A stretch of 64,000 nt of DNA from an uncultured Haloferula sp. (GCA_965652295.1 CBFGTS010000005.1:192001-256000), one strand, 5' to 3'; positions 29,033-41,145 are shown, counted from the stretch's first letter. Numbers and translations: made by a program. Notes: a model not told the origin generated them from the letters alone.

Positions 29033-32000
29033 ATGATGTCCTCACTCATCCGATTCGCGATCGCCGCGTTCATCCTGGGCACCATGGTGCTCCCCGCCGG
29101 TGCCTTCACCCATCCGTGCATTCCCAACACCCTTGAGGAACTCGACACCATCAAGGCCAACTTGGACAAGCAACCGTGGAAGTCCGGCTACGCCGCGTTG
29201 GCGGCCGATGGACGGTCCCAGCTCACCTACATCATGGGCGGCCCCTACGAGGTGGTGAAACGCAACCCCAACGAAAATCTCTGGCCGTGGCGAGGCGACA
29301 TGATCGCCGTCTATAACCTCTCGCGCATGTGGTACTTCACCGGCAACGAGGCTTATGCGCAGAAGGCCCGCGACATTCTCGTGGCATGGGCGACCCACCA
29401 CAAGACCTTCGGCGGCAACGAGTCCGGCCTTGACCTCGGTGACTACGCCATCTGCTACGGCGGCGGCGCCAGCATCCTGCGCGGCACCTGGCCCGGATGG
29501 ACCCAGCAGGACACGCTTACGGTCCAAAACTACTTCCGGAATGTCCTCTGGCCGGCCACCGCCGCCCCCTACAAGATCTCCGGTCCCGCCAACAAAGGCT
29601 CCCTCAACGTCGTCGCCGGCGCGGTGATGGCCGTCTTCTGCGACGACACCGAAATGTTCAACCACGTCGTCGACACCTTCCGCAACTATCCGGGTGCCGG
29701 CCTGCCCAACATCCTGGCCACTGGTCAGATGGGCGAGACGGGCCGCGACATCGGCCACGGTTTCAACGACCTTTACGCCCGCACCCTCACCGCCGAGATC
29801 CTTTGGAAGCAAGGCGTCGATGTGTTCTCCGAATTGGACAACCGCCTGCTCGCCGCCGGGGAGTATCACGCCCGCAACACCTCGATGTGGGACACTCCCT
29901 TCGTTCCATACGGCACCGTCGACTATCATTACTATCAGAATGCGGCCTGGATGGTCAGCCAGAACCGGGGCGCCTATTATCTCCTGCAAAACGCCTATCG
30001 AAACCGCTTCGGCCTGCCAACGCCATGGATCGACCGGAAGATTCAGGAAGCAAGCGTGGACGGCGGCAACTTCATGTTCGCCAAGACGGCGGACTTTTCC
30101 ACCGCCACCCCGCCAGCACCCGATCCACGCCCGGAGGTTTCCCCCGCGTCGAGTGGCCTGACCCTGACCACCCTCGGCGGCCAGACCGCAGGACGCAGCG
30201 CCTCTTATTCCAACGGCGTGTGGACCGTCACCGGCCTCGGCAGCGGGGCCTGGACCGATGGGGCTGACGACGGCCAGTTTGTTTACAAAGAGATGACCGG
30301 CGACTGCGCGATGGTGGCCCAGGTCACCTCGGTTACCTGGTCGGGTTCACAAAACGGCAAAATGGGCCTGATGGTGCGTGACAATCTCGTCGGCACCGTT
30401 TCCCAGCGCTCCTGGACCGCGATCGTGCCCACCGAGTCCAATGGCAACCTGATCGAAGCCCACTCCCGCGGCTGGACCGTGACCTGGGGCGGAAAAAACT
30501 GGGCGGCCCGTGCACAGGGCCTTCCTCTCCCGCTGCCATACTGGCTCAAGATGGAGCGCAAGGGCAACGTCATCACCAGCTACGCCTCCCAGGACGGCAC
30601 CAGCTGGTCACCCACCATCAGCTCGGACTTCGGCAATCTTCCGCCCTCCGTCTATGTCGGCTTTTTCGTCTCCAGTGGAAACTCGACACCCAACACCGCC
30701 ACCTTCGAAAACGTGGCGTTTACCGGCGGCACCGGCGGCCTCGTGACAACCCCGGCGGCACCGGCTGCCATGCTCGCCAGCGGCTCAAACAAAGCCATCA
30801 CCCTCCGCTGGCTGCCCTCTTTCGGAGCCACTTCCTACGACCTGCTCCGCTCCACCACTTCGGGCAGCGGCTACACTGTCATCGCCAGCGATCTCGGCAC
30901 GGACAAGACCAGCTATGTGGACACCAACGTAGCCTCAGGCACCACCTATTACTACGTCGTCCGGGCGAAAAACTCCGCCGGCACCAGCGGAAACTCGCCC
31001 GAGTTCTACGCCGCCCGGCTTCCCGTGCCGTTGATCAACCTCGCCTTCAGCGGCACGGCCAGCGACAGCAACAACTCGGCCGCCACGAATACCGCCAGCG
31101 CTTTCGATCAGAACTTCGGCTCGTTCTGGTTTCACGGCGGCACCACCGGCTGGCTGCGGTATGACTTCGGCGTGAATTCCGCGCAGATCATCAAGCGATA
31201 CACGGTCGTCAGCGCGCCGCTCATCCCCGAGCGCGATCCGAAGGACTGGCAGTTCCAAGGCTCCAACGACGGCACCACCTGGACCACGCTCGACACGCAG
31301 ACCAATCAAACCTTCGAGTTCCGCGCCTACCAGAGGTTCTTTGACATCGGCAACTCCACCGCCTACCGCTACTACCGCTTGAACGTCACCGCCAACAATG
31401 GCGATGCCACTTTCCTGCATCTCAGCGAACTCGGCCTCTGGGGCGACAGCGGACGCACGGTGCCCGACGGCGACTACCGCATCGCCAGCCGCAACACCAA
31501 CAAGGTCATGGATGTGACCGGCGTCACCGACGGAGCAGCGGTCGTGCAGCAGACCTTCGACGCAGACGACAGCCAGCAATGGGCCCTCGCCTGGCAGGGC
31601 AACGGTTGGTACCGCGCCACCAACGTCGCCGCCACCAAGGCACTCGACAACAGCGGCAGCTCCAGCCCGGGTGGAAACCTGGTCATCCAGCCTTCGAGCG
31701 GAGCCACCAGCCAGCTCTGGAAGCTTACTCCCGACGGCGACGGCTTCTACCGCATCGAATCCGAAAACAGCGGCCTGGTTGCCGGCGTCAGCGGCGGCTC
31801 CACAGCCGATGGCGCGAACATCGTTCAAGAAACTTCCAATGGCAGCAACAGCCAGCAGTGGCTGCCCGGCCTCGCCGTCGAGCCGCAGCCGATCCCTCCC
31901 ACTCCGACAGGACTGCAGGGCTCGGCGGTTTCCATCAGCCAGATCGACCTCTCTTGGACAGCCAGCCCCGGGGCAATCAGTTACCGGATCAAACGCTCAG

Positions 32001-35000
32001 CTGTCAGCGGCGGCCCCTACACGACCATTGCCGCTAGCGCGAATGGGACAAGCTATTCGGACTCCGACCTGAATTCCAGCACGACCTACTACTATGTCAT
32101 GTCCGCGCTGAACGGCAGCGGCGAGAGTGTCGACTCCGCGGAGATCGGCGTAACGACCCTGACCGGTCCGCCAGAGGCCCCGACAGGTCTATCAGCCATA
32201 CTCGGCACCAACCAAGTCACCTTGAGTTGGATGGCTACCAGCGGAACGACAAGCTACGGCGTGAAGCGTGCGACCACCAGCGGCGGCCCGTACACGACGA
32301 TCGCCACCGGCCTGACGGGCACGACCTACACCGACACGGGCATCACCCACGACGCCAGCTATTTCTATGTCGTCGTCGCCACCAATGGCGACGGCACCAG
32401 CCCCGACTCCGCCGAGGTTGCAGTTGCACCAGGTACCCTGGGTGTCCACCTCGAGTTCGACGAGACGGGCGGCACCATCGCCGCCGATTCCAGTGGCCGT
32501 GGCCAGCACGCCACGCTTCTCAACGGCGCGAACTTCGCCCCCGGCATTCTCGACAACGGTCTCAATCTCCCCGCGACGTCGGCGCAGCATGCCACTCTCC
32601 CTTCCGGCATCGTCAGCGGCCTCACCGACTTCACCGTCGCCACTTGGATCAAGGTCAACGCCTTCGTCACCTGGCAGCGCATCTTCGACTTCGGCACCGG
32701 AACGAACAACAACATGTTCCTCTCCGCGCAGGGCCCCGCCGGTGCCGGACGACCCCGCTTTTCCATCCGCACTCCGGAAGTCGGCGAACAGGCCTTTGAC
32801 AGCTCCATCGCACTGACCGCGGGTGCCTGGACCCACCTCGCCGTCACCCGCTCCGGAAACACCGTGCAGCTCTACATCGATGGAACCCTCGCCGGTTCCG
32901 GCACCGTCACCCTCAGCCCGTCCGGCCTGGGCTTCACCACGCAGAACTACCTCGGCAAATCCCAGTTCAACGACCCCTACTTCAACGGAGCCCTCGACGA
33001 CTTCCGCCTCTACACCCAGGCGATGAGCGCCGCCGAGATCACCGCCCTGGCCCAGCCTCCCGCAGGTGCGCCGAGGCAGCTCACCATCGACCCCGGCAAC
33101 ACCCAGGCCACCCTCACGTGGGCTCCAAACGGCACCACCACCTACACCGTCAAGCGTTCCACCACCAGCGGCGGCCCCTACACCACCATCGCCACCGGCC
33201 TGACCGGAACCACCTACACCGACACCGGCCTCACCAACGACACCACCTACTACTACCTCGTCACCGGTGCCAATGGCGGCGGCTCTGGTCCCGACTCCGT
33301 CGAGCTGTCCGTCACCCCCGGCACCCTCGGACTCCATCTCAAGTTCGATGAGGTCAATGGTACGGTCGCCGCCGACTCCAGCAGCAACGCCAACGACGCT
33401 ACCTTGGTCAACGGCCCGATCTTCGGCACCGGCAGGATCAACAACGCCCTTACCTTCAGCGCGGCGTCCTCCCAACATGCTACGCTTCCCAGTGGCATCG
33501 CGAGCGGCCTCAACGACTTCACCATCTCCACCTGGATCAGGGCGGACTCCTTCGCCACCTGGCAGCGCATCTTCGACTTCGGCTCGGCGACGAACCACTA
33601 CATGTTCCTCTCCGCGCAAGGTCCCGCCGGCACTGGACGACCCCGCTTCGCGATCCGCACCTCAAGCGTCGCCGAGCAGTTCATCGACAGCTCCATCGCG
33701 CTCACGACCGGCACCTGGACCCACCTCGCCGTCACCCGTTCCGGCGATACCGTTTCACTCTACGTCAACGGCGCTCTCGCCGGCTCGGACACCACCACGC
33801 TCGGCCCCGCCGATCTCGGCACCACCACGCTGAACTACCTCGGCAAGTCGCAGTTCAACGACCCCTACCTCAACGCCGCCCTCGACGACTTCCGCATCTA
33901 CAGCCGGGCGTTCTCCGCCTCGGAAATCACCGCTCTGGCCCAATCCGGACCACCTCCGCCGGACAACCTCGTCGCCGAACCGGCCACCAACGCCGTTCAC
34001 CTCTCCTGGTCTCCGGCCGCAGGTGCTACCTCCTACAACATTCTCCGCGCCACCACCAGCGGCGGACCTTACACCCCGATCGCCGACGGCATCACCACCC
34101 TGACTTACACAGACAGCGATTTCCCCGATGACGGCGCCTACTACTATATCGTCCGTAGCGTCAACGTCTCCGGAATCCAGAGCATCAACTCCTCCGAAGT
34201 CGCCGCCACTCCGGTCACGCTCCACCTGCACCTCAAGTTCGACGAAAGCTCCGGCTCGACGGTTGCCGATTCGAGTGGTCACGGCATGGACGGCACCACC
34301 GTCAACGCCCCGTCCTGGACCGCCGGCCGGATCGGCAACGCGCTCAGCCTCAACGGCACCACCCAATACGTCACCGTCCCCTCCGGCATCGCCTCCGAGG
34401 TGAGCGACTTCACCATCGCCACCTGGGTCTATTGGAACGGGGGCGGCAACTGGCAACGCATCTTCGACTTCGGCAGCGGCACGACGAGCTACATGTTCCT
34501 CACCCCGAAAAACGGAGCCAACGGCAGGCTTCGCTTTGCCATCACCACGGGCGGCGGCGCGGGCGAACAGCAGATCGATGGCGACGCCACGTTGCCGGCC
34601 GACGGCTGGCACCACGTCGCGGTCACCCTCTCGGACTCCACCGGCACGCTCTATGTCGATGGTCTGCAAGTGGGACAAAACACCGGCATGACCCTGCATC
34701 CTTCGGACTTGGGAGCGACGACTCAAAACCGCCTCGGCCGCTCCCAATACAACGACCCGTATTTCAACGGTCGCCTCGATGACTTCCGCCTCTATGGCAA
34801 CGCCCTCAGCGCGTCCGACGTCCTTGCTCTCGCCTCGGCCGCCCTCACTCCGCTCGAAAGCTGGCGCCTCATTCATTTCGGAACCACGTCGGGCACCGGC
34901 GACGCCGCGGATTCCGCCGATCCCGATGGTGACGGCTGGACCAATTCGCAGGAGTTCATCTCAGGCACCGACCCGAACGATCGCACGAGCCTTTTGAAAG

Positions 35001-35215
35001 TGACCCAGATGCAAGCCAGCGGAAACGACATCCAGCTTGGCTTCCCGACCGTGAACGGGAAGACCTACCGCTTGGAGCGGTCCGGCACCTTGCTGAACGG
35101 CTCATGGACGCCCGTTCAGGAAAACATCCTGGGCTCCGGCGCGGAGATCCAGGTCACCGACACTGGCGGAGCCAATCAAGCCAGGAGATTCTACCGCATC
35201 GTCGTCGTGCCCTGA
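29033..35215 (+). CDS. Secreted 2060-aa modular protein: alginate-lyase-like toroid, beta-sandwich, Fn3 repeats, F5/8C, ricin/CBM13, three LamG domains, C-terminal DxDGDG domain
   Basis: Signal peptide ending AGA-FTHPCIP; GETGRDIGH; QxW ricin repeats; three WQRIFDFG LamG modules; C-terminal DPDGDG...RRFYRIVVVP. Confidence 0.85.
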   Translation: MMSSLIRFAIAAFILGTMVLPAGAFTHPCIPNTLEELDTIKANLDKQPWKSGYAALAADGRSQLTYIMGGPYEVVKRNPNENLWPWRGDMIAVYNLSRMWYFTGNEAYAQKARDILVAWATHHKTFGGNESGLDLGDYAICYGGGASILRGTWPGWTQQDTLTVQNYFRNVLWPATAAPYKISGPANKGSLNVVAGAVMAVFCDDTEMFNHVVDTFRNYPGAGLPNILATGQMGETGRDIGHGFNDLYARTLTAEILWKQGVDVFSELDNRLLAAGEYHARNTSMWDTPFVPYGTVDYHYYQNAAWMVSQNRGAYYLLQNAYRNRFGLPTPWIDRKIQEASVDGGNFMFAKTADFSTATPPAPDPRPEVSPASSGLTLTTLGGQTAGRSASYSNGVWTVTGLGSGAWTDGADDGQFVYKEMTGDCAMVAQVTSVTWSGSQNGKMGLMVRDNLVGTVSQRSWTAIVPTESNGNLIEAHSRGWTVTWGGKNWAARAQGLPLPLPYWLKMERKGNVITSYASQDGTSWSPTISSDFGNLPPSVYVGFFVSSGNSTPNTATFENVAFTGGTGGLVTTPAAPAAMLASGSNKAITLRWLPSFGATSYDLLRSTTSGSGYTVIASDLGTDKTSYVDTNVASGTTYYYVVRAKNSAGTSGNSPEFYAARLPVPLINLAFSGTASDSNNSAATNTASAFDQNFGSFWFHGGTTGWLRYDFGVNSAQIIKRYTVVSAPLIPERDPKDWQFQGSNDGTTWTTLDTQTNQTFEFRAYQRFFDIGNSTAYRYYRLNVTANNGDATFLHLSELGLWGDSGRTVPDGDYRIASRNTNKVMDVTGVTDGAAVVQQTFDADDSQQWALAWQGNGWYRATNVAATKALDNSGSSSPGGNLVIQPSSGATSQLWKLTPDGDGFYRIESENSGLVAGVSGGSTADGANIVQETSNGSNSQQWLPGLAVEPQPIPPTPTGLQGSAVSISQIDLSWTASPGAISYRIKRSAVSGGPYTTIAASANGTSYSDSDLNSSTTYYYVMSALNGSGESVDSAEIGVTTLTGPPEAPTGLSAILGTNQVTLSWMATSGTTSYGVKRATTSGGPYTTIATGLTGTTYTDTGITHDASYFYVVVATNGDGTSPDSAEVAVAPGTLGVHLEFDETGGTIAADSSGRGQHATLLNGANFAPGILDNGLNLPATSAQHATLPSGIVSGLTDFTVATWIKVNAFVTWQRIFDFGTGTNNNMFLSAQGPAGAGRPRFSIRTPEVGEQAFDSSIALTAGAWTHLAVTRSGNTVQLYIDGTLAGSGTVTLSPSGLGFTTQNYLGKSQFNDPYFNGALDDFRLYTQAMSAAEITALAQPPAGAPRQLTIDPGNTQATLTWAPNGTTTYTVKRSTTSGGPYTTIATGLTGTTYTDTGLTNDTTYYYLVTGANGGGSGPDSVELSVTPGTLGLHLKFDEVNGTVAADSSSNANDATLVNGPIFGTGRINNALTFSAASSQHATLPSGIASGLNDFTISTWIRADSFATWQRIFDFGSATNHYMFLSAQGPAGTGRPRFAIRTSSVAEQFIDSSIALTTGTWTHLAVTRSGDTVSLYVNGALAGSDTTTLGPADLGTTTLNYLGKSQFNDPYLNAALDDFRIYSRAFSASEITALAQSGPPPPDNLVAEPATNAVHLSWSPAAGATSYNILRATTSGGPYTPIADGITTLTYTDSDFPDDGAYYYIVRSVNVSGIQSINSSEVAATPVTLHLHLKFDESSGSTVADSSGHGMDGTTVNAPSWTAGRIGNALSLNGTTQYVTVPSGIASEVSDFTIATWVYWNGGGNWQRIFDFGSGTTSYMFLTPKNGANGRLRFAITTGGGAGEQQIDGDATLPADGWHHVAVTLSDSTGTLYVDGLQVGQNTGMTLHPSDLGATTQNRLGRSQYNDPYFNGRLDDFRLYGNALSASDVLALASAALTPLESWRLIHFGTTSGTGDAADSADPDGDGWTNSQEFISGTDPNDRTSLLKVTQMQASGNDIQLGFPTVNGKTYRLERSGTLLNGSWTPVQENILGSGAEIQVTDTGGANQARRFYRIVVVP

Positions 35216-35254
35216 GATCGAAACCATCTCCATCCGCCGAAGATATTCATCTCC

Positions 35255-38200
35255 ATGTCCATCTCGTCCTTGCGCGCCACTTCCGCCTTCATCCGCCGAT
35301 TCTCGCATCTTTCGTCCGTCGCCCTCTCCACCTGGTTTGCCTGTGGCTCGCTGCACGCGGTTCCTTCAGATCCCTGGACGCGCGGAACTGGGTTTCATGG
35401 AAACATCACTTTGGGTGCGCTGAAAGACTCGTCCGTGGTCAATCGCCAATGGGTGAATGATGATCCGATTCCAGATGTCGTGAATTACGATTTCAACCTG
35501 AATGGCTGGCCTTACGACGTTTACGTCCCACCAAGCTATGACGGGACCAAGCCCTACGGAGTGATGGTTTACATCACCTCGGATCAAAACACGGGCGGCG
35601 TGGTGCTTCAGGGCGTTTCCAACGAACGGGACATCATCTGGATCGCGCCGCGGAATGTCGGAACAACGCGTATTCGCCGGATCGTTACGGTGCCGGGCTC
35701 TTTGCGATCTACCGCGCCAAGGAAATGTTCAACATCGATCCCCGGCGTGTTTACAACTCGGGGAAATCCGGCGGTGCCCGCACGGCCAGCGCACTGGCGT
35801 TTTATCATTCGGAGGTTTTCCGCGGCACCGCCCCTTCGGCGGGCTTCGCGATGCCTCGACTCGACGAGGTCACACCGGACTACATCCCCAACACCAGCGG
35901 TCAGTCCGACACCTATTTCAATTATTCGGACGGTCCGTTTTTCTACTACTACCTCACCAACCATTCCCTCCACGACTCCATCTACACCACCGCCAAGGCG
36001 AACAAGCTGCGCTCCTATATCCTCGGACGCTACGGCGACTACCGTGAGGATTACTTCGTCGAAGCCTTCCACTGTGCCTACGAGCCGCAGGGCTTGGACT
36101 GTTTCCTCTACAACGGCCCCGGCGGCCACTCGGATCCCAATGACGCCGAGATGATCGAGGCCATCGATTATCTCGACCGCGACGACACGTTTCCCGTCAA
36201 CGCCAACATCAACGCTGGCGCGGGCGGTTTCTCCGGGATCACCAACATCAGCCAGGCGGGTGCGTCGGCGGTGGAAGCGACGTCCGGCGGCGACACGACG
36301 TACACCCTCACGCCCGCTCTCAACTCGGTGGCGGCGGCGAAATCCGGTTCGAACTTTTACTGGGACAACGCCAACGGTTCGACCGTGCGCTGGCTGTGGG
36401 AGGTGAAAAACGCGAGCCCCACGAACCAGAAAACCTGTTTCGGTTTGTGGGCGGGCGACGAGACATGGGGTGGGGGAGTTCCGGTTTCCATCAGCGCCGG
36501 CAACAAACCCGGTATCCTCATCACCATCACCCAAAACGGCTCGCAAAACCGTATGATCATCAGCGCGCGTTCCGATGCGGGCGGCGAAACGATTTTCTAC
36601 GACGGTTTCTTCAACTTCGTCCCGGCCTATGCGACCGCATGGACGAGCACCCGGACCGGCTACCTCACCGGCACCGGGTCGCCGGTGGAGATCCGCATGG
36701 ACCTCAACGACCGGCGCTGGCAGCTCACGTTCAACGGCATCGTCTTGAACGGTGCGACGAACGCCATCGCCAGCGGCACCGAGATCACCCGCGACAACCG
36801 GCGTGCGATCTATGGCTACTGGAACTCCGCCATCGGAGGCGGAAGTTTCTGGGAACACGATCCGTTCACGTCCTGGAACAACACTTGGTCGCCCTTCACC
36901 AAATCGATCTTCACCGCCACCGCCGGAGCGCTTTCCGGCACGGGCGCGACACCTTCGCCGATGGAGTTGCGGTATGTGATCGCCAGCGATCCGGGCCTGC
37001 CCGACCCGCTTCCCCCCGGCCCCACCGGCATTGACGCTTCGGCGGCCTATGGCACGCTGAGTCTGACTTGGGATGCCCTCTCCGGCGCGACCGGTTACAC
37101 CATCAAGCGCGCCACCATCTCCGGCGGCCCCTACATCACCCTCGCGAGCAACGTCACCGCCACCACCTACACCGACGCCACCGCCCAGTCCGGCGTCCTT
37201 TACTACTACACCGTTTCTGCCGACACCACCTCGGGCGCCACCGCCAACGGCACCGAATCCGCCGCCGGCCTGAACCCCCTCCGCCTCCGTAGCACCGGCG
37301 GCACCGCCAGCAGCGGCACCAACACCACTGGCGCGGAAGGCGCGGACAAGGCCTTCGACGGCACCCTCGCCAAATGGTTCAACGGCACCGGCGCTACCGA
37401 TTGGCTGCAATACCGCTTCCCCTCCGGCAAACGGTTTCCGCTCAGCCGATACATCCTCTCCTCCGGCAACGACGTCCCCGGACGCGACCCCGTGAACTGG
37501 CAAATCCTCGGCAGCAACGACGGCCTCAACTGGGACACCCTCGACACCCGCACCGGTCAGGCCTTCCCCGCCCGCCTGCAAACTTACAACTACGACGTCC
37601 CCCTGACCGCCGCCTACGAATACTACCGCCTCAACATCACCACCAACGGCGGAGCCACTGGCATTCAGCTCACCGAGTTGCAACTCCTCTCACCCGACAT
37701 GGTCGCCCCCGTCATCGCCACCCCGGCCGACCTCCTCGTCGGCACCATCGACGGCAGCGGTGCCACCGTGACCTTCGCCCCGACTGCCACCGACGACGAA
37801 GACGGCCCCGTCACCGTCCTCTGCACGCCGCCCTCGGGCGGCGTCTTCCCCATCGGCTCGACCACCGTCACCTGCACCGCCAGCGACACGAGCGGCAACC
37901 ACACCCAATCCACGTTCACCGTCACCGTGAACGACGACACCCTCAACGACCTCTCGCCGCCCGCCATCACCGTTCCCGCCGACATCACCGTGCACGCGAC
38001 CAGCCCCGCCGGTGCCACCGTCACCTTCACGACCTCCGCCCTCGACGTGATCGACGGCGCGCGCGCCACCGCCAGCTCCCCCGCCTCCGGCTCCCTATTC
38101 CCCGTCGGCACCACCGTCGTCACCACCACCGCCTCCGACACCAAGGGCAATGCCGGCTCGCGCACCTTCACCGTCACCGTCCAGCCCTACATCCAGACCC

Positions 38201-39444
38201 GCGCCTGGCTGAAATTCGACGAAGCCAGCGGCTTGGCGGCGGACGACGCCACCGGCAACAACTGGACCGGCACGCTCGTCGGCGGCCCCACCTGGGCCAC
38301 CGGCAGGCTCAACAACGCCGTCAGCCTCAGCGGCTCCACGCAATACGTCACCCTGCCCACGGGCGTCGTCAACGGCCTCGCCACCTGCACCATCAGCGCC
38401 TGGGTCAACCTCGGTGCCACCAGCAACTGGCAACGCATCTTCGACTTCGGTACCGGCACCAACAACTACATGTTCCTCTCCCCGCAAAACGGTGCCAACA
38501 GCAAGATCCGCTTCGCCATCCGCACCGCCTCCGTCGCCGAACAGATCATCGACGGCGCCGCCACCCTGCCCACCGGCAGCTGGCAACACGTCGCCGTCGT
38601 CCTCAACGGCGCCACCGGCACCCTCTACGTGAACGGCGTCCAGGTCGGCCAAAACACCGCCATGACGCTCAATCCCTCCAGCCTCGGCGCGACCACCAAC
38701 AACTACCTCGGCAAATCGCAGTTCAACGACCCCTACCTCAACGGTGCCGTGGACGACTTCCAGATCATCGCCCAGGCCCTCACCGGCCAGCAAGTGGCCG
38801 CCTTGGCCGCTCCGCCCGCCGCCCCGACCTCGCTCACTGCCAACATCGGCGACACTCAGGTTTCCTTGGGCTGGGCCTCCGTCGCCGGAGCCGTCAGCTA
38901 CAACGTCAAACGCGCGCCCGTCAGCGGTGGACCTTATGCCTTCGTCGCCAACACCTCGGCCACCAGCCATACCGACACCGGTCTGACCAACGGCACGACC
39001 TACCACTACGTCGTCACCGCGCTCAACGCAGCGACGGAGAGCCTGAACAGCGTCGAAGTCAGCGCCACGCCCTTGACCGCTCTCCAGCAATGGCGTCAAA
39101 CGAACTTCGGCACCACCTCGGGCACCGGCGATGCGGCCGACAACGCCGATCCGGACGGCGATGGCATGACGAACGCCGAGGAGTTCACCGCCGGCACCGA
39201 TCCTCGGGACGCGGGCAGCATGTTCCGCGTGAGTGACGCGACGGTGGATGGCTCCGATGTCCTGCTGAGTTTCCCGACGGTGACAGGGAAAACCTATCGC
39301 CTCGAACGCTCCGACGACCTGTTGAACGGCTCATGGGCTCCGGTGCAGGACAACATCCCGGGCACCGGCGGCACCGTCCAGATCCCCGTCGCCCTCGACT
39401 CCCTTCACATCCGACGCTTCTATCGCATCGCTGTCGTTCCGTGA
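35255..39444 (+). pseudogene. Frameshifted (or mis-sequenced) secreted esterase-like modular protein: alpha/beta hydrolase, Fn3, F5/8C, two HYR, LamG, Fn3, C-terminal DxDGDG domain
   Basis: ORF 35255 (signal peptide, YVPPSYDG...) joins the frame of ORF 35725 if one base is added at 35660-35663, giving PRNVG-NNAYSPDRYGAG...IDPRRVYNSGKSGG (GxSxG). FPIGSTTVTCTA and FPVGTTVVT are HYR-type motifs. Confidence 0.8.
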
Positions 39445-39491
39445 ACGTCCCTCGCATCCGCTTCAGGCCAGTCATGCCGAGAAAGTCGGCC

Positions 39492-39507
39492 ACTTAATCG
39501 CGCAAGT
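39492..39507. promoter_or_regulatory. Candidate operator, copy 3 (acttaatcgcgcaagt)
   Basis: ACTT-N8-AAGT, ~160 bp upstream of the PEP-CTERM gene. Confidence 0.62.
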
Positions 39508-39666
39508 TACGAGGCCATTGCGCTCCTGAAGCGAATGGACGAAACACTTCCGGTCAGGCGTCTCCACGAGCAGCCCCCCCATTTTGTTCTGCACGCAAGG
39601 TGCTCATGATCATCGTGCGAACAAAAGAAAAGGACCTCGGTTCGAATGCCCCATCCAAGAAACACC

Positions 39667-40551
39667 ATGAAAACCAAAGCACTGCGTATCCGTTCGGCGG
39701 CCCAGCCCATTCTGGCCGCCATCGCATTGGGTTCCGCTGCTCACGCCGCGACGACCCTTGAAAACTATTTCGACTTCACCAGTTACGGCAGCGTGGCAGG
39801 AGGAGGCACCGTCACCGCTATCGGCAACACCGGTTCCACCGCCACCGTCAAATCGGCCGCCACATCCCTGACCAGCTCGGGTCTCGCGATCACCGCTGGC
39901 ACCAACGCAAGCAGCACCGGCGTCAACCTCACGGGCTCCGATCTCAGCGGGTTCACGAGCGACTTCACGCTGCAGATGTGGTTCACGAGCCCGTCCACGG
40001 TTGCGGGCAATACAGCACTCTTCGGCGGCACGACTTCTGCGACGATCGACGGCAGCATGGTGGGGGATCAGGCACTTTTTGCCGCCTACAGTAACACCAA
40101 TCCGCGGTTTCTGCGCCAGATCATGAGCAGCAACTCGACATTCGGAATCGCTGGTGCGCCCCCGTCCGGAACGGCGGCCACGGCCAGCACGCCCTATGAT
40201 TACATGCTCATCTATACCGCCAGCACGAATACCGTCCAAGCCTACTTGGACGGAGTGGCTGTCGGTGCCGGGCTTAGCACGGCCTACTTCCAAGGACTCG
40301 ACTCCCTCACGAACGGCTTCGCTATTGGCGGGGTGCAAAGCCCCGCATTCGGCGACAACGCTGCCGCGATCAACGTCACCTCGTTCATGATGTACTCCGG
40401 TGCCCTGACGTCGGACGAAATCAACGACATCCACGCGTTTGGCTCTACTCCGAGCTTGAACCAACTGGGTTCCGTCGTGGTGGTTCCGGAGCCGACCGCA
40501 GCTCTACTGGGCGGCCTCGGCTTCCTCGGCCTGCTTCGCCGCCGTCGCTGA
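39667..40551 (+). CDS. PEP-CTERM sorting-domain protein with a concanavalin/LamG-like body
   Basis: Signal peptide ending AAHA; C-terminal VPEPTAALLGGLGFLGLLRRRR; FTLQMWF and YSGALTSDEI motifs. Confidence 0.9.
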   Translation: MKTKALRIRSAAQPILAAIALGSAAHAATTLENYFDFTSYGSVAGGGTVTAIGNTGSTATVKSAATSLTSSGLAITAGTNASSTGVNLTGSDLSGFTSDFTLQMWFTSPSTVAGNTALFGGTTSATIDGSMVGDQALFAAYSNTNPRFLRQIMSSNSTFGIAGAPPSGTAATASTPYDYMLIYTASTNTVQAYLDGVAVGAGLSTAYFQGLDSLTNGFAIGGVQSPAFGDNAAAINVTSFMMYSGALTSDEINDIHAFGSTPSLNQLGSVVVVPEPTAALLGGLGFLGLLRRRR

Positions 40552-40580
40552 TCACGCAGCTTCGAAATCCTGCACTTCTC

Positions 40581-40617
40581 CGCCGCCTCCGATTCTGATC
40601 GGTGGCGGCGTCTTTTT
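40581..40617 (+). terminator. Intrinsic terminator
   Basis: Stem cgccgcctccgat / atcggtggcggcg (one mismatch) followed by tcttttt. Confidence 0.75.
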
Positions 40618-41145
40618 GTCTCCGTGCCGGACAACGGCCCGATCTACTATGGCTGCATGAAACCGGAAATCGGAGGAGGGACGCCCTCGTCCCTCAACCC
40701 CGGCAGCCGCTTTCCTTCAGGCTCCTGCTCAGGTGCGCCGCACGCCGATGCAAACAAAGCGCCCCGTCAGTTTTGCATACCCTCGAAACCCGAAGACCCC
40801 GGAGAAGGGAAGAATGCCGACTGACTCGAATGGCGCGGTTCTCAGAGTCAGTTCGAGAGCGCCGTGTCGAAGGTCGGGAGATCGGAAGGTCCGCATCACC
40901 AGCGATCCCGACTTGCCGTCACGGCGTGAACCAAGGAACTTTCGACCTTTGACCTTGCGACTTCCGGACTGCACTTTCCACACCGTCCGTTTCCGAGATC
41001 ACGTTTAAGTCAGCCCGGTTCCCGACTGACTCCCTGAATCGGGGGAGATCCATTTCCCGCAGGAACGACATCGACGCTTCCTCGACCGCCATGTCTGTTT
41101 GGCAGTTTGCGGTCCATGTCCGCGGAAACCCAAGCCCCATCCTGC

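Noticed and set aside
35660..35670. Programmed -1 ribosomal frameshift
   Set aside because: No X-XXY-YYZ heptamer or clear stimulatory structure; mutation or sequencing error is more likely.
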